Below, piece after piece: positions 31,090 to 34,027 of a stretch of 34,027 nt of DNA. Under the pieces are notes generated by a model. The model ran no database searches and had not been told where the DNA came from. It saw nothing but the letters and a program-made list of their open reading frames with translations. Made by a program: the position numbers and the translations under genes. The stretch spans positions 1-34,027 of the IMG/VR virus record IMGVR_UViG_3300032270_001162; one strand, 5' to 3'. The DNA is from a virus. Its lineage: Duplodnaviria > Caudoviricetes. Numbering within the stretch: position 1 is the stretch's first letter; every line of letters starts with the position of its first letter.

Positions 31090-31248
31090 TCATACTTGTT
31101 CTTCATTCATTACACTATGCATGTGCATCTTATTAATAATAGTGTGACATGTATCCGCCACGCTATCATCATCTGTGCATTGCATGTGCATAACTAACGC
31201 ATCATAGATTGCGTCCTGTTCGTGTGAATTGAGTGCGAGCATGTTCAT
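31090..31248 (-). CDS. Small hypothetical protein (52 aa)
   Basis: Manual translation MNMLALNSHEQDAIYDALVMHMQCTDDDSVADTCHTIINKMHMHSVMNEEQV; CA-rich leader; same strand as its neighbours. Confidence 0.55.
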   Translation of the reverse strand: MNMLALNSHEQDAIYDALVMHMQCTDDDSVADTCHTIINKMHMHSVMNEEQV

Positions 31249-31308
31249 AACTGCGAATGCCTGTTAGTGTGTGTGAGAATGTGTGCAGATGCCTGCGAAT
31301 GCCTGTTA

Positions 31309-31398
31309 ATGTGTGCGCATCTCGACGAGTTATGTGTGCGCATCTCGACGAGTTATGTGTGCGCATCTCGACGAGTTATGTGTGCGCATCTCGACGAG
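31309..31398. repeat. 23-bp tandem repeat x4 (ATGTGTGCGCATCTCGACGAGTT)
   Basis: Three perfect copies plus a 21-bp fourth, with no spacers. Confidence 0.95.
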
Positions 31399-31401
31399 AT
31401 T

Positions 31402-31569
31402 TTAATAATGATGCCGACTCATTGTACAGTTGGGATCATTGTACCAATCAGAATCCTCATAAGATTCTGTTACTTTAGGTGCCATCCGAAGCATTAGATC
31501 ATCGGATAATTTGCACATTCCAGTTGTAACTAACTGGAGGATTTCATCGGGTGTTAGAAAGGTTTCCAT
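31402..31569 (-). CDS. Small hypothetical protein (55 aa)
   Basis: Manual translation METFLTPDEILQLVTTGMCKLSDDLMLRMAPKVTESYEDSDWYNDPNCTMSRHHY; starts 2 nt after the upstream stop. Confidence 0.7.
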   Translation of the reverse strand: METFLTPDEILQLVTTGMCKLSDDLMLRMAPKVTESYEDSDWYNDPNCTMSRHHY

Positions 31570-31571
31570 GA

Positions 31572-31823
31572 TCAGATCATCTCAATTAGGTGGAGAATAG
31601 ATGTAACTTGAACCGGTGTTTGGTAGGTTAAAGGATCCTCCATCATAATACCACCGGGGCGAATTACCATAACCTCAAATGTATCCTGGTCGATGATACC
31701 GTAGAGACCGGAATCTTCAGGACCCGATACAACTGAGACTGCCCAACCATTGGGGAAAGTGTGACGTGCCTTAGTGCCACCCTTGATAGCGTGATCTGAG
31801 AAAGTGAGAGAGGAGAAGTTCAT
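31572..31823 (-). CDS. Conserved phage hypothetical protein (83 aa)
   Basis: The FPNGWAVSVV...GLYG...FEV pattern is seen in small early phage proteins; has its own promoter and CA-rich leader. Confidence 0.8.
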   Translation of the reverse strand: MNFSSLTFSDHAIKGGTKARHTFPNGWAVSVVSGPEDSGLYGIIDQDTFEVMVIRPGGIMMEDPLTYQTPVQVTSILHLIEMI

Positions 31824-31893
31824 CGGAGCGGTGTGGTGTGAACTGAGAGAATCCTAGCATGGATTGGGGGGCATCTGCGCCCCCCTGGGAGAA

Positions 31894-32079
31894 TCAATAA
31901 CCTAACCAGGTTAGCAGTTCGCCAGTATCGACGCGGAAGGGTTTGGTTCCGTATTCTGTGCAGAAGTCTTCCCAGACCCCATGATCCTTAGCAGTCTGGC
32001 AAGCAGTAGACCAGCGGATGGTTCCGTTGTTTGGATCGGTGCAGGCGCTGAGCAGTTCGGGGAAAGTGGAGGATGCCAT
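31894..32079 (-). CDS. Small hypothetical protein (61 aa; start revised to ATG 32079)
   Basis: MASSTFPELL...VDTGELLTWLGY. The track's start at 32118 lies inside the promoter. Confidence 0.75.
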   Translation of the reverse strand: MASSTFPELLSACTDPNNGTIRWSTACQTAKDHGVWEDFCTEYGTKPFRVDTGELLTWLGY

Positions 32080-32105
32080 GGGGTGGTGTGGTTTGAACTG
32101 ATGCC

Positions 32106-32134
32106 AGTATGGTCCCAAACGGTGCCCAGGTCAA
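32106..32134 (-). promoter_or_regulatory. Sigma70-type early promoter TTGACC-N17-CATACT
   Basis: Correct spacing; followed by a leader ending AAACCACACCACCCC-ATG. Confidence 0.7.
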
Positions 32135-32290
32135 CCCTCCAAACCATAAGCATTGGTGATCAATCAAAGGGTTGCCAAGGGGTCCGGGTCCCGTGCTAGG
32201 ATGAAGGCAGAATCTATTTTTTGGGATGTGCCAATTTTTGAGGTGTCCACTGCTGGGCGATTATGGGTCCGGCGGTGCTGTAGGATAAGG

Positions 32291-32371
32291 GGACAATCAG
32301 CAAAGACAGCAGTGGGGTAACTGCTTGATCAATCCATCGCCACCGAACCTGCGCTCAAATAATTGTAACAA
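32291..32371 (+). ncRNA. Candidate structured small RNA, copy 1
   Basis: 65/81 ungapped identity to 33796-33876; stem AGCAGT/ACTGCT with loop GGGGTA; TAGGAT -10-like box at 32281-32286. Confidence 0.6.
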
Positions 32372-32382
32372 ATGAGTATAAA

Positions 32383-32408
32383 GAAAGGGGGCGGATTGTG
32401 CCCCCTTA
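32383..32408 (-). terminator. Rho-independent terminator
   Basis: G/C-run stem-loop (loop CAATC) followed by TTTCTTT on the minus strand, just after the stop at 32417. Confidence 0.75.
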
Positions 32409-32416
32409 AAGTATAC

Positions 32417-33097
32417 TCAACCGATGATTGCGTTCACCTTTGCTTTCTTAGGAGAATGTGCAGGGAATGCTATCACAAACTCACGCTTTGCTAATTGACA
32501 CAAACCGCAGGTGGCGCATGTTACCTTACCTGGAAAAAGTGCAGCGGGGCAGGTAACAACTTTCCGACCGTTAGTTGTTGTAAAGAACCGGCGGGATTCT
32601 TCAGAGTTAACAACTGCCATAGCGGGGATGTTATGCTCAGTCATCACTTTGTCCGCTTCGTCTACACTTTCTGTAGATGCGTTAACAGTAAACCCTAGGG
32701 CGTTACTATTCTGCAGGCAAATAACATTGTGATCGTTCAGAATGTGATGCGAATAGGTGAAACCTTTCCGCCCTTTGTTTGCACTAATTAACTGCTTGAG
32801 TTGAATATAATCAATGTTTCCGTCATTGTGAGGCAAATCGCCAGCAGTATTGTGGCGCCAAAGTACACCAAGGGGAACAATCTTGCGGAGTTGTAACAGA
32901 AACTCACTCCATGAAATACCTTTAGTTCCCTTGTTAAGTTGTGCCCACTGCATCCATTCTCTACCTTGTTTGGCATAGCATTCGCCACCAATAAAAGGGC
33001 AGGTTGGGGGGCAGGATGTGCCATCGGTGCGAGTGGTCGTGATGGGTCCGGTTTTGCCGTTGCCAGAGCGAGCGGTGATGGTGAGAGAGTAAACCAT
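32417..33097 (-). CDS. Cys-rich putative Fe-S protein (GP88/DUF7227-like, radical-SAM-like motif)
   Basis: N.KTG, SCPPTCPFIGGECYA (CX3CX6C), RHNTAGD, GFTYSH, NASTES and C-terminal CPA...TCATCGLC...FPAH. Confidence 0.7.
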   Translation of the reverse strand: MVYSLTITARSGNGKTGPITTTRTDGTSCPPTCPFIGGECYAKQGREWMQWAQLNKGTKGISWSEFLLQLRKIVPLGVLWRHNTAGDLPHNDGNIDYIQLKQLISANKGRKGFTYSHHILNDHNVICLQNSNALGFTVNASTESVDEADKVMTEHNIPAMAVVNSEESRRFFTTTNGRKVVTCPAALFPGKVTCATCGLCQLAKREFVIAFPAHSPKKAKVNAIIG

Positions 33098-33175
33098 GAT
33101 CGGTGTCGGTGGTGGTGACCCCTAAAGAATAGCACGGATGGGGGGCAATGGTGCCCCCCGACTGATCAGCGTTGC

Positions 33176-33652
33176 TTATGCAACCCAGAGTTTCTCCACG
33201 ATCATACGCTCTACCATAGACTTGGCAAATTCGCCACAATCGTCACACTCTGTAACAGCAGCGATCTTATACTTAAGACCGCCTTTGTTGACCTTGAAAG
33301 TATAACGCCAGATTGCACTAGTAGTCAACAACAACTGGCGGCGCTTTGCCCATCCTTTTGTGGGAGCATCTACAAGGTCGTGGTATAGACGAATCATGGC
33401 GCGGTAGTCGTTACCTTGGTGGCGCAACTTGTTCAGTTCCGATACAAACAACTTGCCACCTTTAATGTGTGACTCTAAAGTTGCACCGAAAAACTCAACA
33501 AACTTAACCGACTTTTCCTCTTGATTGAGAACAACTGGCGCAACTTTTTGCACCATAACATCAGAAGCAATGCCCAACATTTGAGCAAGTTCTAACATTG
33601 TGCCTTCAACTTGGTTGCCGTTGATAACAAGTTGGATGGTGGCGTTAGTCAT
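33176..33652 (-). CDS. Hypothetical protein (158 aa; start revised to ATG 33652)
   Basis: MTNATIQLVING... follows the CA-rich leader CCCACCACCCCAGACAA. The track's extension runs through promoter and RNA-like elements. Confidence 0.7.
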   Translation of the reverse strand: MTNATIQLVINGNQVEGTMLELAQMLGIASDVMVQKVAPVVLNQEEKSVKFVEFFGATLESHIKGGKLFVSELNKLRHQGNDYRAMIRLYHDLVDAPTKGWAKRRQLLLTTSAIWRYTFKVNKGGLKYKIAAVTECDDCGEFAKSMVERMIVEKLWVA

Positions 33653-33795
33653 TTGTCTGGGGTGGTGGGCGGCGTCAGTGGTGCGCCGTTGAATGAATGA
33701 TGCCACACCGGAACCGACCAGATCCAGCGACCTTGTGCCAGTGGTGAAACTGGTTTTTGCTGGCGGTTTTTGATCGGTGCCGTGGTATCCTAATA

Positions 33796-33876
33796 GGACA
33801 ACCAGCACCAACGGCAGAAGGGTATCTGCCTGATCAATACATCGCCACCGCCCCTGCCATAAAATAATTATAACAA
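33796..33876 (+). ncRNA. Candidate structured small RNA, copy 2
   Basis: Stem GGCAGA/TCTGCC with loop AGGGTA, compensatory relative to copy 1; TGGTATCCT extended -10-like box upstream. Confidence 0.6.
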
Positions 33877-33882
33877 TACATT

Positions 33883-34006
33883 AAGAAAAGTGGACCAGGC
33901 ACCACCCCGATCCACAGCAACCCACTCACCTATGCTAGAATTATCTGTTGTCTTGCTCGCAGGGTGACTTTAACATTCAGCGACGGCAAACCCCTTCCGT
34001 CTTTAT
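33883..34006 (-). ncRNA. Candidate ~120-nt small RNA with its own promoter and terminator
   Basis: Extended -10 TGGTACAAT (34013-34021); stems GACGG/CCGTC and TCACC/GGTGA; 10-bp terminator stem with loop GTGGTG followed by TTTTCTT; no convincing ORF. Confidence 0.55.
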
Positions 34007-34027
34007 CTTATAATTGTACCATCCAAT

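Noticed and set aside
31309-31398. CRISPR array
   Set aside because: The repeats are directly adjacent with no unique spacers, and there are no cas genes in the window.
31257-31497. Plus-strand ORFs of 73 and 76 aa
   Set aside because: They are translations of the 23-bp tandem repeat and overlap a better minus-strand ORF.
32291-32371. Hammerhead ribozyme
   Set aside because: The core reads YTGATCAA rather than CTGANGA, and there is no correctly placed GAAA.
29875-33239. Alternative-frame minus-strand ORFs (29875..30120, 30260..30511, 31911..32153, 32788..33135, 32961..33239)
   Set aside because: They overlap better-supported genes or cross repeats and promoters, and they lack the characteristic leader.
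33980-34005. Glutamine (Downstream-peptide) or c-di-GMP-I riboswitch
   Set aside because: GACGGAAG (minus) and GGCAAACC (plus) are present, but the other conserved elements (CGTTCA...GAACG; GNRA tetraloop and receptor) are missing.

Overview
The window is a fragment of a T4-like cyanomyovirus genome (Kyanoviridae-type, inferred from gene content and order; the host is probably a picocyanobacterium). Positions 1-27.3 kb are an AT-rich late structural operon on the minus strand, in transcription order: gp25, gp6, a ~4,000-aa gp7-like protein split by a one-base frameshift, gp8, a 2,446-aa VrlC-like protein, several small genes including an unlisted NblA-like ORF, gp13, gp14 and a partial gp15. 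T4-type late promoters are present. Positions 27.3-29.85 kb hold speD, an ATP-grasp-like gene, a GT-A glycosyltransferase-like gene, an AbrB-like gene and small ORFs. From about 29.9 kb the DNA is visibly more GC-rich and carries short early-type genes, most with their own promoter and a CA-rich leader that has no Shine-Dalgarno sequence. The most interesting signals are non-coding and lie in this last 4 kb. (1) A duplicated 81-nt element with a covarying hairpin sits on the strand opposite the genes, each copy behind a promoter-like sequence. (2) A minus-strand small-RNA candidate and a long hairpin display GU-rich loops complementary to the CA-rich leaders of neighbouring early genes, suggesting a phage anti-leader sRNA circuit. 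(3) Three promoters have a GC-rich palindrome in place of a -35 box. (4) A 23-bp palindrome-rich unit is repeated four times in tandem. All gene-family assignments come from motif recognition, not database searches.
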